From: Clostridia bacterium | GTDB lineage: Bacteria; Bacillota; Clostridia; Christensenellales; UBA1242 | Length of the DNA stretch: 64,000 nucleotides | NCBI GenBank assembly: GCA_017541375.1 | Contig: JAFXZE010000007.1 | Location: 128,989 to 192,988, forward strand | Direction of reading: 5' to 3' | Shown here: piece after piece, positions 30,172-40,605 of the stretch | Position numbering within the stretch: the first letter of the stretch is position 1 | Layout of the letters: each line of letters begins with the position of its first letter | Position numbers and translations under genes: made by a program | Notes under the pieces: model-generated | The model's database searches: none | Told to the model about the DNA's origin: nothing | Seen by the model: only the letters and a program-made list of their open reading frames with translations

Positions 30172-31023
30172 TCACGATAACCAAATTTTCATCTTAAATT
30201 GTTTATCTTCCATTTTTCCTAATCCCAACAACTCTCCATTGCAGTAAGTTTTAAATAACTCTTCACTTTCAAGACTTAATTTTACTATTTTTCCCTGCCT
30301 CAAGTCTTGCGCAACCTGAGAAGAAATTTCTTTTTTTGCTAATTTTTCTAATACAATCTCACATGGTAATAAATTTTCTTGTGATATATCATCTAAATTA
30401 GATGCATTCTCAATAGAAAATACCCCCACACGCACTCGTTTTAGTGCTGTCATAGTAGCTCTTGTGCCTAATGCGTAAGCTAAATCTCTACAAAGTGAAC
30501 GAATATATGTACCACTGCCACAAACTATCTTAAATGTAAATACATTTTCAGCCTTTTGCTCTATTAATTCAAACTCTTGTATTGCTACTATACATGGCTT
30601 CATTTCCACCATCTTGCCACTTCTTGCTAAACTATATGCCCGCTTACCATTCACGCTTTTTGCGCTATACTGAGGCGGAATTTGACTTATTTTTCCCACA
30701 AATCGTGGTAAAACCTGCTTGATATCAGCTTTCGTTGGATATTTTTTTATTTCCTTTATCACTCTTCCTGAGCTATCAAGTGTATCGGTCTCATAGCCAA
30801 ATGTAAATTCAGCCACATATTCCTTAGTTTTTGATAGCATAAAGTCAAATAACTTAGTTGCTTTACCAATCGCTATAGGTAAAACTCCGCTAGCAAGAGG
30901 ATCTAACGTGCCAGTATGACCAACTTTTGTAGTTTTATCCAAAGCTAACTGTTTTTTTACTTTTGCTACCACTTGAGCACTTGTAAGCCCAATAGGTTTA
31001 TCCACGTTAATAAAACCTATCAT
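30172..31023 (-). CDS. truB: tRNA pseudouridine(55) synthase TruB
   Basis: GHTGTLDPLASGVLPI catalytic Asp motif. 283 aa. Start overlaps the stop of the upstream gene. Confidence 0.93.
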   Translation of the reverse strand: MIGFINVDKPIGLTSAQVVAKVKKQLALDKTTKVGHTGTLDPLASGVLPIAIGKATKLFDFMLSKTKEYVAEFTFGYETDTLDSSGRVIKEIKKYPTKADIKQVLPRFVGKISQIPPQYSAKSVNGKRAYSLARSGKMVEMKPCIVAIQEFELIEQKAENVFTFKIVCGSGTYIRSLCRDLAYALGTRATMTALKRVRVGVFSIENASNLDDISQENLLPCEIVLEKLAKKEISSQVAQDLRQGKIVKLSLESEELFKTYCNGELLGLGKMEDKQFKMKIWLS

Positions 31024-32003
31024 TTTGTTATCCCCAATATCTTTTCAGTCTGCTTTATTACTGCATTAATTGACTTTTCTAGATCTCCTTGAAGCGTGAG
31101 GCCACTAGCTCTCATATGGCCTCCCCCTTTAAAGTGAGCAGCAATTTCACTCACATCCACGCCATCTACCATAGTACGCAATGAAATGTGATACACCTTT
31201 GGTTCGGGTTCAAACACATTTATAACAACTTTTACACCTTCCACACTCTGAAGGTAAGAAACAATATATCTACTGCCACTGTAGGGCACTTTCGTTTCTT
31301 GATAATCACTATATCTTAGTACTGATAATGCAATTTGTCCATCATCAAAAAACTGCACACTATTGATTGCTCTTTTATTTATTTCAAAAGCATTTGGCTT
31401 TGTTTTAGCAAAACAATCTCTCACAATTTCATCCGCTTTAATGTCATATTTTACTAGTTTTGCTAATATTTCAAATGTAGTAAATTTTGTATTTGAGTAA
31501 ATGAAACCACCAGTATCTGAGTAAATTCCTATATAAAATATCTTAGCAAGCTTATTATTTAGTTTAAAATATGGTTCAAATGTTCTAAAAATAACCTCAC
31601 AAGCACTCGATTCACCAACCCAAATTTGATTAAATTTTGCCCATAAATCTTTATCTTCGTATTTATGATGGTCTATGACAAACGAATTGGATACATTATC
31701 AGCAATTTTAACTACTTCCTTAGGCATTCGATTTTTTTCTGATATATCCACCCCAATCAACACATCTGGGGTGAGTACTTCTGTTTTGTAATTAAACTCT
31801 CTTATAAAATCATAAAAATATTCATCTAGCTCTTTTTCTAATAACACATCAGACTTAATACCATTTTGGCGCAAAATTTCTTGCATAGCAAGACTTGAGC
31901 AAATGCTATCATAATCGGGGTTATTATGACCGGAAATAGCCACGCTTTTTACGTGGCTACAAATATCCAATAGTTTTTGAGCAAAATCTTTTCTCTTATT
32001 CAT
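31020..32003 (-). CDS. nrnA: DHH/DHHA1 phosphoesterase (NrnA-like nanoRNase/pAp phosphatase)
   Basis: GHNNPDYDS, DHH in VIDHHKY, DHHA1 GGGH in FKGGGHMRASG. Sits between rbfA and truB. Confidence 0.8.
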   Translation of the reverse strand: MNKRKDFAQKLLDICSHVKSVAISGHNNPDYDSICSSLAMQEILRQNGIKSDVLLEKELDEYFYDFIREFNYKTEVLTPDVLIGVDISEKNRMPKEVVKIADNVSNSFVIDHHKYEDKDLWAKFNQIWVGESSACEVIFRTFEPYFKLNNKLAKIFYIGIYSDTGGFIYSNTKFTTFEILAKLVKYDIKADEIVRDCFAKTKPNAFEINKRAINSVQFFDDGQIALSVLRYSDYQETKVPYSGSRYIVSYLQSVEGVKVVINVFEPEPKVYHISLRTMVDGVDVSEIAAHFKGGGHMRASGLTLQGDLEKSINAVIKQTEKILGITK

Positions 32004-32364
32004 CAGAATTCTCCTTTGGAATATTTAATGAATCGATTAATTTACTCATTTTTTCATCAATTTCAAATTCATCATCTAACTTAAAGTGTAATTCTGGAGT
32101 AATGCGCAAATCTATTCTACTTGCTAACAATTTACGAATGAACGCACTACTGTGATTGAGTATACGAAAAGTCTCTTTTACCTCTATCTTATCTTTAGAA
32201 TAAATACTAACTAAAATTGTACAATGACTCAGATCATTAGTCGTATCTACATCCATAACGGATATCAATCCCCCCAATCTCGGGTCACGCAAGTCCTCAG
32301 AAATAATCTGAGAAACCACCTTTTTTATCTCACTATTTATCCTCGCTAGTCTCTTCGGTTGCAT
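31996..32364 (-). CDS. rbfA: ribosome-binding factor A
   Basis: 122 aa. RLARINSEIKKVVSQII..DPRL. Position after infB. Confidence 0.9.
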   Translation of the reverse strand: MQPKRLARINSEIKKVVSQIISEDLRDPRLGGLISVMDVDTTNDLSHCTILVSIYSKDKIEVKETFRILNHSSAFIRKLLASRIDLRITPELHFKLDDEFEIDEKMSKLIDSLNIPKENSDE

Positions 32365-32378
32365 AATTCACCTCCAAA

Positions 32379-34973
32379 CTAATCTCTTTCCACCTCTACC
32401 ATCACAAATGCTTCTATAATATCTTCTAGAATAATGTCATTATGGCCTTCCATCTTAATACCACATTCCATTCCCGCAACTACTTCCTTTACATCAGCCT
32501 TATCGCGTTGTAATGTGGTGATAGTAGTTTCTACCAATTTTTCACCTTTACGAATAAGTCTTATCTTAGCATTCTTTGTAATTTTCCCATCTTTTACAAT
32601 ACAGCCAGCAACTGTACCAATCCTACTAATTTTAAATGTACGAATTACTTCAGCATGACCAATAACTTGTTCTTCAAATACTGGTGTACGCATTGCCTTT
32701 ATAATTTTGCTAACATGCTCGGTAATCTGGTATATAATTTTGCTTTGATAAATTTGTACTTTGTCATGCTCAGCAATGATGCTTGCCTTGGAGTCGGGCT
32801 TTACATTAAATCCTATGATAAGTGCATTAGCATTTTTCGCCAAAAGAACATCATTTTCGTTGATTGTTCCCACACCTCCGTGGATACACTCTACACGGAC
32901 TTCCTCGTTATTAATCTTATTTAATATCTCTGTTAACGCTTCAAATGAACCTTGCACATCAGCTTTGACAATACAATTGAATACTTTTTTCTCACTATCG
33001 GCAGATTTCGCCAAAAATTCTTCCATAGAAAATAGGTTTTTAGCATTAATTTTATCTTGTTGAATTTTTCTTTTACGCTCAGCCAATACATCTTTACTAA
33101 ACTTAGCATCCACAGCATATAATTGGTCTCCAGCATTTGGCACTCCATCTAAACCAAGCACAGATACTGGCGCACTAGGTGGAGCAGCTTTTACACTTTT
33201 CCCCTTATCATCAAAAATTGCTCTAACTTTACCTGTATGAATTCCTGAAATAATCGTATCTCCTACATGGAGCGTTCCGTTCAGTATAATTGCGGTAGCT
33301 ACAGGGCCTTTACCTTTATCTAGTTTTGCCTCAATTATCATACCGAGAGCATTTCTATCAGGATTCGCCTTAAGCTCTGTAACATCAGCTACTAATAATA
33401 CCATTTCAAGTAGTTTATCAACTCCCATCCCAGTTAGCGCTGAAATTGGCACAAAAATTGTGTCACCGCCCCATTCTTCAGGCAATACTTCCACTTCAGC
33501 AAGTTGTTGCTTGACTCTATCGAAGTTTGCCTCGGGCTTGTCCATTTTGTTTACTGCTACTATCATAGGAATTTTAGCTTCTTTGATATGTTTTATAGCC
33601 TCTAATGTTTGAGGCTTTACTCCATCATCACCCGCCACAACTAATATGGCGATGTCTGTTACACTCGCACCTCTGGCTCTCATTGCACTAAATGCCTCAT
33701 GACCGGGAGTATCAATAAATGTAACTAGACGATTATTTGTTTTAATTTGATATGCAGAGATATTTTGAGTAATTCCACCAGCCTCTTGACTCTGAATATG
33801 AGTTTTACGGATAAAGTCAAGCAAACTTGTTTTACCGTGATCTACATGGCCTAATATTGTAACAATTGGTGGACGAACAACGCTTGTTGCTTCATCAATG
33901 TCATCTGCTCCACCAAATTCTTCAGCAAGCTTTTCCTCATAAGATTTCTCTAATTTTTGTTCCAACACAACACCCAGCTCACTAGCTACAAGCTCGGCTG
34001 TTGGAAAATCTATAGTAGAGTTTACATTTGACATCATCCCCAACACCATAAGTTGTTTTAAAATGTCAGCAACTGACTTGCCAGTCTTTTCAGAAAGTTG
34101 CTTTACTGTGATATTTTCAGTAGAAATAACGCAATGGTCAATTGGGGCTGCCACTACCACATCCACTTTTTTCTTTGCCTTTATCTTTCGATTGGAACGA
34201 ATTCTTTCCTCAATATTGCTTTCCTCGAGAAGTCCTTTTCGCATAAGGGTTCGTTTATTATTTCTACCAGAATCCTCATAGCTAGTCGTTCTCTTGTGGT
34301 CATCTTTCTTTTTATCAAACACACGCTTATTAGTCTGTGGAATAATTACTGCTTCCACAACACTCGATTTTGGTGCTGAGCGCGCCCCCGTTTGAGGACG
34401 ATTTGGCTTGTTGTCGCCACCTTTATTAAATTGTCCTCCCTGAGGTCGCTGAGACCTATTACCATTATTCCAGTTACCAGCGCCTCCCTGTTGTCCTCTA
34501 GATTGATTTCTCTGCCCATTAGTGCCTGAGTTATTTCTATTAGTAAATTTCCCCTGTTGCACATTATTTGGTGTGAAGTTTCCTTGATTTTGTCTAGGTT
34601 GATACCCCTTTCTCTCAGCCTTCTCACGCTCGGATTTCTGGTCGCGCTCTTTAAACTGTTTGTAATTAGTTTGTTTATTAGAGTTTGATACATTCTCAGT
34701 TTGTTTTTTCTCCACTTTGGGTTCTTTCACACTGTCGACAGTTTCCACTTTTTGGGTCGATTGTTCCTCAACTGAAACTTTTTCTTCCTTTGCTACAACA
34801 GTTTCTTTTACACTCTCTTGCATACGAGAACGAACTAGCTTAGCTATCATCTCTAGTTCCGCCTGCATTTTCTCTGCATCCTTGCTCATTTGAGCTAGTT
34901 GTAGGTTATTAATCTCCGACAATGCTTTCATATTATCAAAAGTTACTCTTTTTGGTTTATTTTGCTCTGTCAA
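32379..34973 (-). CDS. infB: translation initiation factor IF-2
   Basis: 864 aa. TTG start 6 nt after AAGGAGA. Low-complexity N-terminus. G domain GHVDHGKTSLLD, DTPGHEAF, NKMD. Confidence 0.97.
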   Translation of the reverse strand: MTEQNKPKRVTFDNMKALSEINNLQLAQMSKDAEKMQAELEMIAKLVRSRMQESVKETVVAKEEKVSVEEQSTQKVETVDSVKEPKVEKKQTENVSNSNKQTNYKQFKERDQKSEREKAERKGYQPRQNQGNFTPNNVQQGKFTNRNNSGTNGQRNQSRGQQGGAGNWNNGNRSQRPQGGQFNKGGDNKPNRPQTGARSAPKSSVVEAVIIPQTNKRVFDKKKDDHKRTTSYEDSGRNNKRTLMRKGLLEESNIEERIRSNRKIKAKKKVDVVVAAPIDHCVISTENITVKQLSEKTGKSVADILKQLMVLGMMSNVNSTIDFPTAELVASELGVVLEQKLEKSYEEKLAEEFGGADDIDEATSVVRPPIVTILGHVDHGKTSLLDFIRKTHIQSQEAGGITQNISAYQIKTNNRLVTFIDTPGHEAFSAMRARGASVTDIAILVVAGDDGVKPQTLEAIKHIKEAKIPMIVAVNKMDKPEANFDRVKQQLAEVEVLPEEWGGDTIFVPISALTGMGVDKLLEMVLLVADVTELKANPDRNALGMIIEAKLDKGKGPVATAIILNGTLHVGDTIISGIHTGKVRAIFDDKGKSVKAAPPSAPVSVLGLDGVPNAGDQLYAVDAKFSKDVLAERKRKIQQDKINAKNLFSMEEFLAKSADSEKKVFNCIVKADVQGSFEALTEILNKINNEEVRVECIHGGVGTINENDVLLAKNANALIIGFNVKPDSKASIIAEHDKVQIYQSKIIYQITEHVSKIIKAMRTPVFEEQVIGHAEVIRTFKISRIGTVAGCIVKDGKITKNAKIRLIRKGEKLVETTITTLQRDKADVKEVVAGMECGIKMEGHNDIILEDIIEAFVMVEVERD

Positions 34974-34974
34974 A

Positions 34975-35271
34975 TCAATTCTCCTTATTTAATATTAATT
35001 CTATTTGTGTTGCTAAATGATTGTTTGTTATCCCCACAACCTTACAATTCTCTGTATGCAATACTTGATCTAATGTAATGTATTCCATTTTATATAAAGG
35101 GACTTTATTCTTCTGTGAAATATACATTAGCTCTTCATACATCTTTTCAGATGCTGTGCTGCATAGTAAAATCAATTGAACTCCTTCAACCTTTCTGAGG
35201 TTATCTAGTCCATACACGATCTGATTGGCTTTTTGGGCAAAACCTACATATCTACTTATTTCAATTTCCAT
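34975..35271 (-). CDS. ylxQ: L7Ae/L30e family RNA-binding protein YlxQ
   Basis: Start at MEIEISRYVGFAQKANQIVYG. About 98 aa, between ylxR and infB. Confidence 0.75.
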   Translation of the reverse strand: MEIEISRYVGFAQKANQIVYGLDNLRKVEGVQLILLCSTASEKMYEELMYISQKNKVPLYKMEYITLDQVLHTENCKVVGITNNHLATQIELILNKEN

Positions 35272-35521
35272 TTGCACATTCCTCCAATTTTGTATATACC
35301 TCATCCTCAACATTGCATCTAAAAGCTTTGTTTAAGAGTTTTTTCTTTTTAGCTAGTGCGATTACCTCTAAGGACTTTTTGATATAAATTCCCCTACCAG
35401 CAAGTTTTTTCTTGTTATCTATCTCTATTCCATGTGGAGTATTCACTAACCTAATTAATTCTGATTTTGGCAACATTTCACGTGTCACCGCGCACATGCG
35501 CAAAGGTTCTGTTTTGCCCAT
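35261..35521 (-). CDS. ylxR: YlxR (DUF448) family RNA-binding protein
   Basis: 86 aa. RMCAVTREMLPKSELIRLV...GRGIYI motif. Directly after nusA. Confidence 0.85.
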   Translation of the reverse strand: MGKTEPLRMCAVTREMLPKSELIRLVNTPHGIEIDNKKKLAGRGIYIKKSLEVIALAKKKKLLNKAFRCNVEDEVYTKLEECANGN

Positions 35522-35533
35522 ACTTTGCCCCTT

Positions 35534-36676
35534 TTATTCTATTCCTTGAATGTCCTCAAAAATGTCTACATCGTCATCTGTAAATGTAGGTGTATATTCT
35601 TGAACTTGTCTATCCTCTTCTTCCTTTACATTTTCGCTTTCACTCTTGACATCTATCTTCCATCCAGTAAGTCTTGCAGCCAAACTTACATTTACCCCTC
35701 CTTTACCAATAGCAAGGCTGAGTTTATTATCTGGCACAATTACTTTGCTAGATTTTGCTTCATCATTAATCTCTACGCTCACCACATCAGCAGGGCTTAA
35801 TGAATGCGCAATATACTCAAATATGTCATCACTATATTGAATGATATCTATCTTCTCTGAGCCTCCTAGTTCTGCAAGTATTGCATTAATTCTTGCCCCC
35901 CTGCTTCCTACACAAGCCCCTACAGGATCAACATTTGGGTCTGTACAATATACACTAATTTTGGTTCGCATACCAGCCTTACGAGAAATAGCTTTGATTT
36001 CAATCTCACCACTAGCAATCTCCGGAACTTCTATTTCAAAGAGCTTTTTTACAAAATTGGGCGAAGTTCTACTTACTTGCACCTCAGTACCATATCCTGA
36101 ATCTGTCACTTTTTTAATGAGTACTTTAATATGTTGACCAATTTGTAATTTTTCCCCAGGAATCATATCCTTTTCACTAAGTACTCCCTCAGCCTCAGTG
36201 CTACCTAACTGCACATAAACATTGCTACCAGCTTTTCGTCTAACAATAGCTGTCGTGAGTTGCTCAGTTCCATTAGGATTTAACTCCGAACTTAGATTAT
36301 TTCTCTCAGCCTCACGCAACTTTTGCATGATGACTTGTTTGGCAGTCTGTGCGGCAATTCTACCAAAATTCTTTGGAGTAACCTCCTCAGAAATTGTGTC
36401 TCCTTCCTTATATGAGGACTTTAGTTGCTTAGCTTCTTCTAGACTAATTTCTTTATCAGGATCCTCTACCTCAGCTACTACCGTCTTATATGCCACCACC
36501 TTAATAGTACCCTTTTCAGGATTTAGTGTAACTTCAGCATTCCTTGCCTCTCCAAAATGCTTTTTATATGCACTTATCAACGCACTTTTGAGTGTGTCGA
36601 TAAAATATTCTTTACTGATTTTCTTTTCTTTCTCTAGCTGATCTAATGCCAAAAAGAAATCTTTACTAGTAATCAT
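35534..36676 (-). CDS. nusA: transcription termination/antitermination factor NusA
   Basis: ATG at 36676 lies 6 nt after GGGAG. LALDQLEKEKKISKE start. S1 and two KH domains (PVGACVGSRGARI, IGKGGVNVSLAARLTGWKIDV). Confidence 0.95.
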   Translation of the reverse strand: MITSKDFFLALDQLEKEKKISKEYFIDTLKSALISAYKKHFGEARNAEVTLNPEKGTIKVVAYKTVVAEVEDPDKEISLEEAKQLKSSYKEGDTISEEVTPKNFGRIAAQTAKQVIMQKLREAERNNLSSELNPNGTEQLTTAIVRRKAGSNVYVQLGSTEAEGVLSEKDMIPGEKLQIGQHIKVLIKKVTDSGYGTEVQVSRTSPNFVKKLFEIEVPEIASGEIEIKAISRKAGMRTKISVYCTDPNVDPVGACVGSRGARINAILAELGGSEKIDIIQYSDDIFEYIAHSLSPADVVSVEINDEAKSSKVIVPDNKLSLAIGKGGVNVSLAARLTGWKIDVKSESENVKEEEDRQVQEYTPTFTDDDVDIFEDIQGIE

Positions 36677-36699
36677 TTCCAACTCCCATAATTATACTA

Positions 36700-36730
36700 A
36701 AAGTTATGAGTGGGTCGCCCCACTCATAAG
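36700..36730 (-). terminator. hairpin after the exonuclease gene, upstream of nusA
   Basis: ttatgagtgg-gtcgcc-ccactcataa, a 10-bp stem. Only a short T-stretch follows on the minus strand. Confidence 0.45.
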
Positions 36731-36800
36731 TCTTCTTGTTTGATTATAACACACAAATGCCGAAATTGCAATATAATTTGCGCAAAAATTTAGGATTTTT

Positions 36801-38348
36801 TTAGATAAGTTTTACAAATACCTTGGCTGTAGCATACGCATCAGCCAACGCTCTGTGAGCATTGTTTAAAGTAATATCCAAAGCCTTTACTACAGTACCT
36901 AATTTATAGTTACTTAAACTAGGTACTTTATCACGAGCAAGTTTTAGAGTATCAATTTGCTCATTATCAAATAATAACCGCAGCTTTTCTCCCCCAAGAG
37001 AAAGGAATTGATAGTCAAAGTCAATGTTATATGCACTAAGTACTGCTCCATATGTGAATTTATAAAAGTCTGGCAACACTTGCTCGAGGCTTGGGGCGTC
37101 TACCACCATATCATTAGTAATATGAGTAATATTGCTTATTTCTTCAGGTATTTCTTCATGGGGATTAACCAAAGTTTGAAATGTCTCGATAATCGACCCT
37201 TTTTTTATCTTGACTGCCCCAATTTCTATTATATTACATGTTTTAGCATTTAATCCCGTTGTTTCAAAGTCAAACACTACTACCTCATCATGAGTTTGCC
37301 AAAAATCTGATGTAGCATTTGATAGCGAGAACAAATCCATCTGTTTTACTTCAGTCACCGGTTGAGGAAATATATACTTATATTCGCTATTTACTTCGCG
37401 GTAAATCTTCTTGAGTTCTCTTGTTCGAATTTCACAATCATAAATTCCACTTAATTTGATGTTGATATTATCTTTAAATGATGACACCACTCCTAGTATA
37501 GCATATTCATTTCCTTCTTTGATACATTCTTCTTGGTCTTGTATATCATCATTTTTAAACCATACAACATCCATTTTTCCTGTCAAATCAACCAGTGAAA
37601 AGCTAATTTTCGTTTTTTCTTTCTGTATTTCACCATCTTGCTTTTTACTTTTCTTTATAAATGTAGATTTATGAACTCCTTCAATCTTCCCTGCTAACAA
37701 CACTTCTTCACCGTTTTTATTGGGAATATCTTTAATAAAGATAACTTGCGTATTAGATGTTTGTTTCCCGACTAACAGCTCTTTTACTTCTACATCATAG
37801 ATATTCAGTTTTTCTTCTTCTGCCAAGCATTTTTCTAAAGAATCATCAAAAGTTGGCTCATTGGGCAATTCATTAAATTCACTCATCTTTGCCACAAGCT
37901 TCACACAAAAATTCTCAAAACTCTTTTGATTTAAAAACTCTGTTAGCTTAGATTCAAACCCTTTGTTCTCTAGTACCTGTTTGGTCATCTCGTCACATTG
38001 TAGTGTAATCCAAACTCTGTCTTCTTCTTTTGATATATTGATGTCATTATTAGTAAAAATCAAACTGAGCGCCTTGTAATATAATTCAAAATAATTATCA
38101 ATCAGATTTCTAATTACATCTTCATCAAAGCAATATTTATTAAATTTTACCTTTACTGAGCAAACTTCTCCAATATCACTCTCTACCATAGACTTTATTG
38201 AAGCTTTTTGTGCAGACGACAGATTTGCACTTGCATTATAAACAAACGAAAGCACACAACTATTATCCTTTTCGACAAACTCAGCGGAATCCAGCTTTAG
38301 TTTTTCTCCATCATACCCCTCGTTTTTTATCTTTTCCAAAGTTGTCAA
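36801..38348 (-). CDS. PolC-N-terminal-like / OB-fold / DnaQ-type 3'-5' exonuclease protein, with no PHP or polymerase domain
   Basis: 515 aa. Exo I VVVFDFETTGL, Exo II AYNIDFDYQFL, Exo III HRALADAYATAKVF at the extreme C-terminus. The upstream roughly 300 aa resemble the PolC N-terminal domain plus OB (ISFSLVDLTGKMDVVWF). Confidence 0.7.
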   Translation of the reverse strand: MTTLEKIKNEGYDGEKLKLDSAEFVEKDNSCVLSFVYNASANLSSAQKASIKSMVESDIGEVCSVKVKFNKYCFDEDVIRNLIDNYFELYYKALSLIFTNNDINISKEEDRVWITLQCDEMTKQVLENKGFESKLTEFLNQKSFENFCVKLVAKMSEFNELPNEPTFDDSLEKCLAEEEKLNIYDVEVKELLVGKQTSNTQVIFIKDIPNKNGEEVLLAGKIEGVHKSTFIKKSKKQDGEIQKEKTKISFSLVDLTGKMDVVWFKNDDIQDQEECIKEGNEYAILGVVSSFKDNINIKLSGIYDCEIRTRELKKIYREVNSEYKYIFPQPVTEVKQMDLFSLSNATSDFWQTHDEVVVFDFETTGLNAKTCNIIEIGAVKIKKGSIIETFQTLVNPHEEIPEEISNITHITNDMVVDAPSLEQVLPDFYKFTYGAVLSAYNIDFDYQFLSLGGEKLRLLFDNEQIDTLKLARDKVPSLSNYKLGTVVKALDITLNNAHRALADAYATAKVFVKLI

Positions 38349-38360
38349 AACAATTCCCCC

Positions 38361-39545
38361 CTAAATAAACAAGTGATAAATATCTACAAATATCATAAAT
38401 GCAAACAAAATAATAATTCCTACCAAATGAATCCGCGCCTCGATATCTCTATTGATCGGCTTACCGCGAATCCATTCAATAGTGGTAAACACCATTCTAG
38501 CTCCATCCAACGCAGGAAACGGCAAAAAGTTAAACACAGCAAGGTTTGCAGAAATAAAGGGCAAAAACACAAACAAATTAGCAATATTTTGCTGTGAATA
38601 TGAAGCCATAGTCGAAATAGTTGTGAATGGTCCCCCCATATCAGCAAGGCTTAATCCACCTGTAATCAACAACCAAAGACTAACCAATACTTTCCATGCA
38701 AATGCAAAGGTTAGTGGCACACACCTAGCTAGAGCCTCTCCAAAATGGTGAGCATAAGGAGAAACCAAGATACCCAGTTTAAGTGTTTTTGTTTCATCAC
38801 TATTTTCAAAAACATACAAATTTACCGGCACATTTTCAATTCTTTCCCCATCACGATCTACTGTAAAATTAATAGTGAAAACCTTGCATGTTCGCTTTTC
38901 TATAGATAAATCTTCCTCACTTAACTCTTCGCCTGGGTGAAAATAGTTTTTATAAATATCTTCCGTTATCACCCTCTCTGTTGCACTAGCCTTTTCTTCC
39001 TCTGTCAAATTATTGTAGTACTGACTAACCAAAACATTACTTGTGCTATCTGTAATAAAATCCACACTTTTGCCATCTATCTGCCTAATCACATCATTTT
39101 GATAAAGATTGGGTTGTACATTTTTATCCGCCACATCTACTCGTTGAATGTCATATCCAAAGCAGAGTAGTAATATAAAGGAAAAAATAATAGCTGAAAC
39201 AAAATTAAAACAAACTCCACCAAACTGCACAATCAATCTTTTCCAAGGCTTTTGGTTATTAAATGCCTTAGGGTCAGCATCGTCCTCATCCTCTCCAGCA
39301 AATGCACAATAACCCCCCAATGGAATTAGCCTTATACTAAAAGTTTCTCCACTCTTTAATTTTTTTGAATAAAGAGCTTTTCCAAAACCAATGGAAAACT
39401 CATTAATTTTAAAACCAAGTTTTTTACCAAAAATGTAGTGACCAAACTCATGGATTGTAATCATTAAAAGTAAAACCACTAGAGCAAGAATTACATAACC
39501 AATAGTTGTCAACACACTTCCAAAACTACCTAATAATGAAATCAA
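38361..39545 (-). CDS. rseP: RIP metalloprotease RseP (site-2 protease, M50)
   Basis: HEFGHY zinc motif in TM1, central PDZ-like region, C-terminal NLAVFNFLPFPALDG motif. TTG start. Confidence 0.88.
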   Translation of the reverse strand: MISLLGSFGSVLTTIGYVILALVVLLLMITIHEFGHYIFGKKLGFKINEFSIGFGKALYSKKLKSGETFSIRLIPLGGYCAFAGEDEDDADPKAFNNQKPWKRLIVQFGGVCFNFVSAIIFSFILLLCFGYDIQRVDVADKNVQPNLYQNDVIRQIDGKSVDFITDSTSNVLVSQYYNNLTEEEKASATERVITEDIYKNYFHPGEELSEEDLSIEKRTCKVFTINFTVDRDGERIENVPVNLYVFENSDETKTLKLGILVSPYAHHFGEALARCVPLTFAFAWKVLVSLWLLITGGLSLADMGGPFTTISTMASYSQQNIANLFVFLPFISANLAVFNFLPFPALDGARMVFTTIEWIRGKPINRDIEARIHLVGIIILFAFMIFVDIYHLFI

Positions 39546-39599
39546 AATACCCCTCTCCTAACACAAAATGCAAGGTTTTCCCTGCATTTGTAATTTTTT

Positions 39600-40592
39600 T
39601 TATCTAAACAATATAAGTATTAAAAATACAAATACCATTACAGCATTCATCAACATTCCGTTACATCTGTCCATTACTCCACCGTGACCTGGAATGATAT
39701 TACTAAAGTCTTTTACTACAGCTCGACGCTTAAATAATGAACTAAATATATCTCCTGCCATGCTAAATATTCCAAAAAATATTCCGCCTATCAAAAAGTC
39801 TAACCAAGTTACCCCCACAGTAACAAACATATCGTCATACCATGCTATAGACTCAAATATGAAAAATACTATCACACTGGCAATTGTGGCTCCAATAATA
39901 CCCGCTATCAATCCAGTCCAAGATTTTCCTGGTCCTAATTTTTCTAGACTGATTTTTCTTCCTCCGATAAATCTACCAGCAAGCATTGCGAACACATCTG
40001 CACATACAGTAGTAGAAATTAGTAACACTAATCCCAACAAACCAAAGTCCACATGAAACGAGTTTGAATATACACCCGATGACACCACAAGCTCACTAAA
40101 ATGATTTATTAAGAATGCAAAGCTCATGAGTAGCGTAGGCCAAACACAAACAAAAACTGTATTAATAGCCTTTGAGAATGAATAAAATTTTAATGAACTA
40201 GCAAAATTATCTTTTACTCTACATCTATTTCCCCATTTACTAAACATTAGTGGTAGCACTAACATAAGCAAGAAAACAAATATCAGTACCCCCATTACAA
40301 TGGTGATGTAATAATAGAAATTCAAATTTAAATTGATTGATAAAATAATTGATACAAATACTATGATAGGAAACGCTCCTACAATAGTAGCCCATGTGGG
40401 TCTGTCCATTTTATGCAGCAAATTTTCCACTTCAAAAGCACTAAATATTGCTACAATGCCAATGAGCAGGTCAAATACATAAGCACTCAGCGAACGTAGG
40501 AAAAATAATCCCACCAATATTGCCACAATTATCACCGCCGAAATTATACGTGATGCCCAATTTGCCGGTGATTTATAATTATTATTTTCCAT
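39600..40592 (-). CDS. cdsA: phosphatidate cytidylyltransferase
   Basis: ATG at 40592 preceded by AGGAGGAAAA. Multi-pass membrane protein. C-terminal signature SLFKRRAVVKDFSNIIPGHGGVMDR. Confidence 0.82.
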   Translation of the reverse strand: MENNNYKSPANWASRIISAVIIVAILVGLFFLRSLSAYVFDLLIGIVAIFSAFEVENLLHKMDRPTWATIVGAFPIIVFVSIILSINLNLNFYYYITIVMGVLIFVFLLMLVLPLMFSKWGNRCRVKDNFASSLKFYSFSKAINTVFVCVWPTLLMSFAFLINHFSELVVSSGVYSNSFHVDFGLLGLVLLISTTVCADVFAMLAGRFIGGRKISLEKLGPGKSWTGLIAGIIGATIASVIVFFIFESIAWYDDMFVTVGVTWLDFLIGGIFFGIFSMAGDIFSSLFKRRAVVKDFSNIIPGHGGVMDRCNGMLMNAVMVFVFLILILFR

Positions 40593-40605
40593 TTTTCCTC
40601 CTTTG

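Noticed and set aside
34346-34693. A 115-aa same-strand alternative-frame ORF inside infB.
   Set aside because: It lies in the repetitive Gln/Asn/Gly-rich N-terminal region of IF-2, where off-frame ORFs stay open by chance. It has no RBS.
36222-36641. Long antisense ORFs opposite well-supported genes: 36222-36641 and 35841-36137 versus nusA, 41384-41722 versus frr, 45353-45691 versus ruvB, 29347-29706 versus the TIM-barrel gene, and 15605-15982 versus mutL/mutS.
   Set aside because: These are Ser/Leu/Phe-rich shadow frames of strongly conserved genes. They have no RBS and no recognisable motifs.
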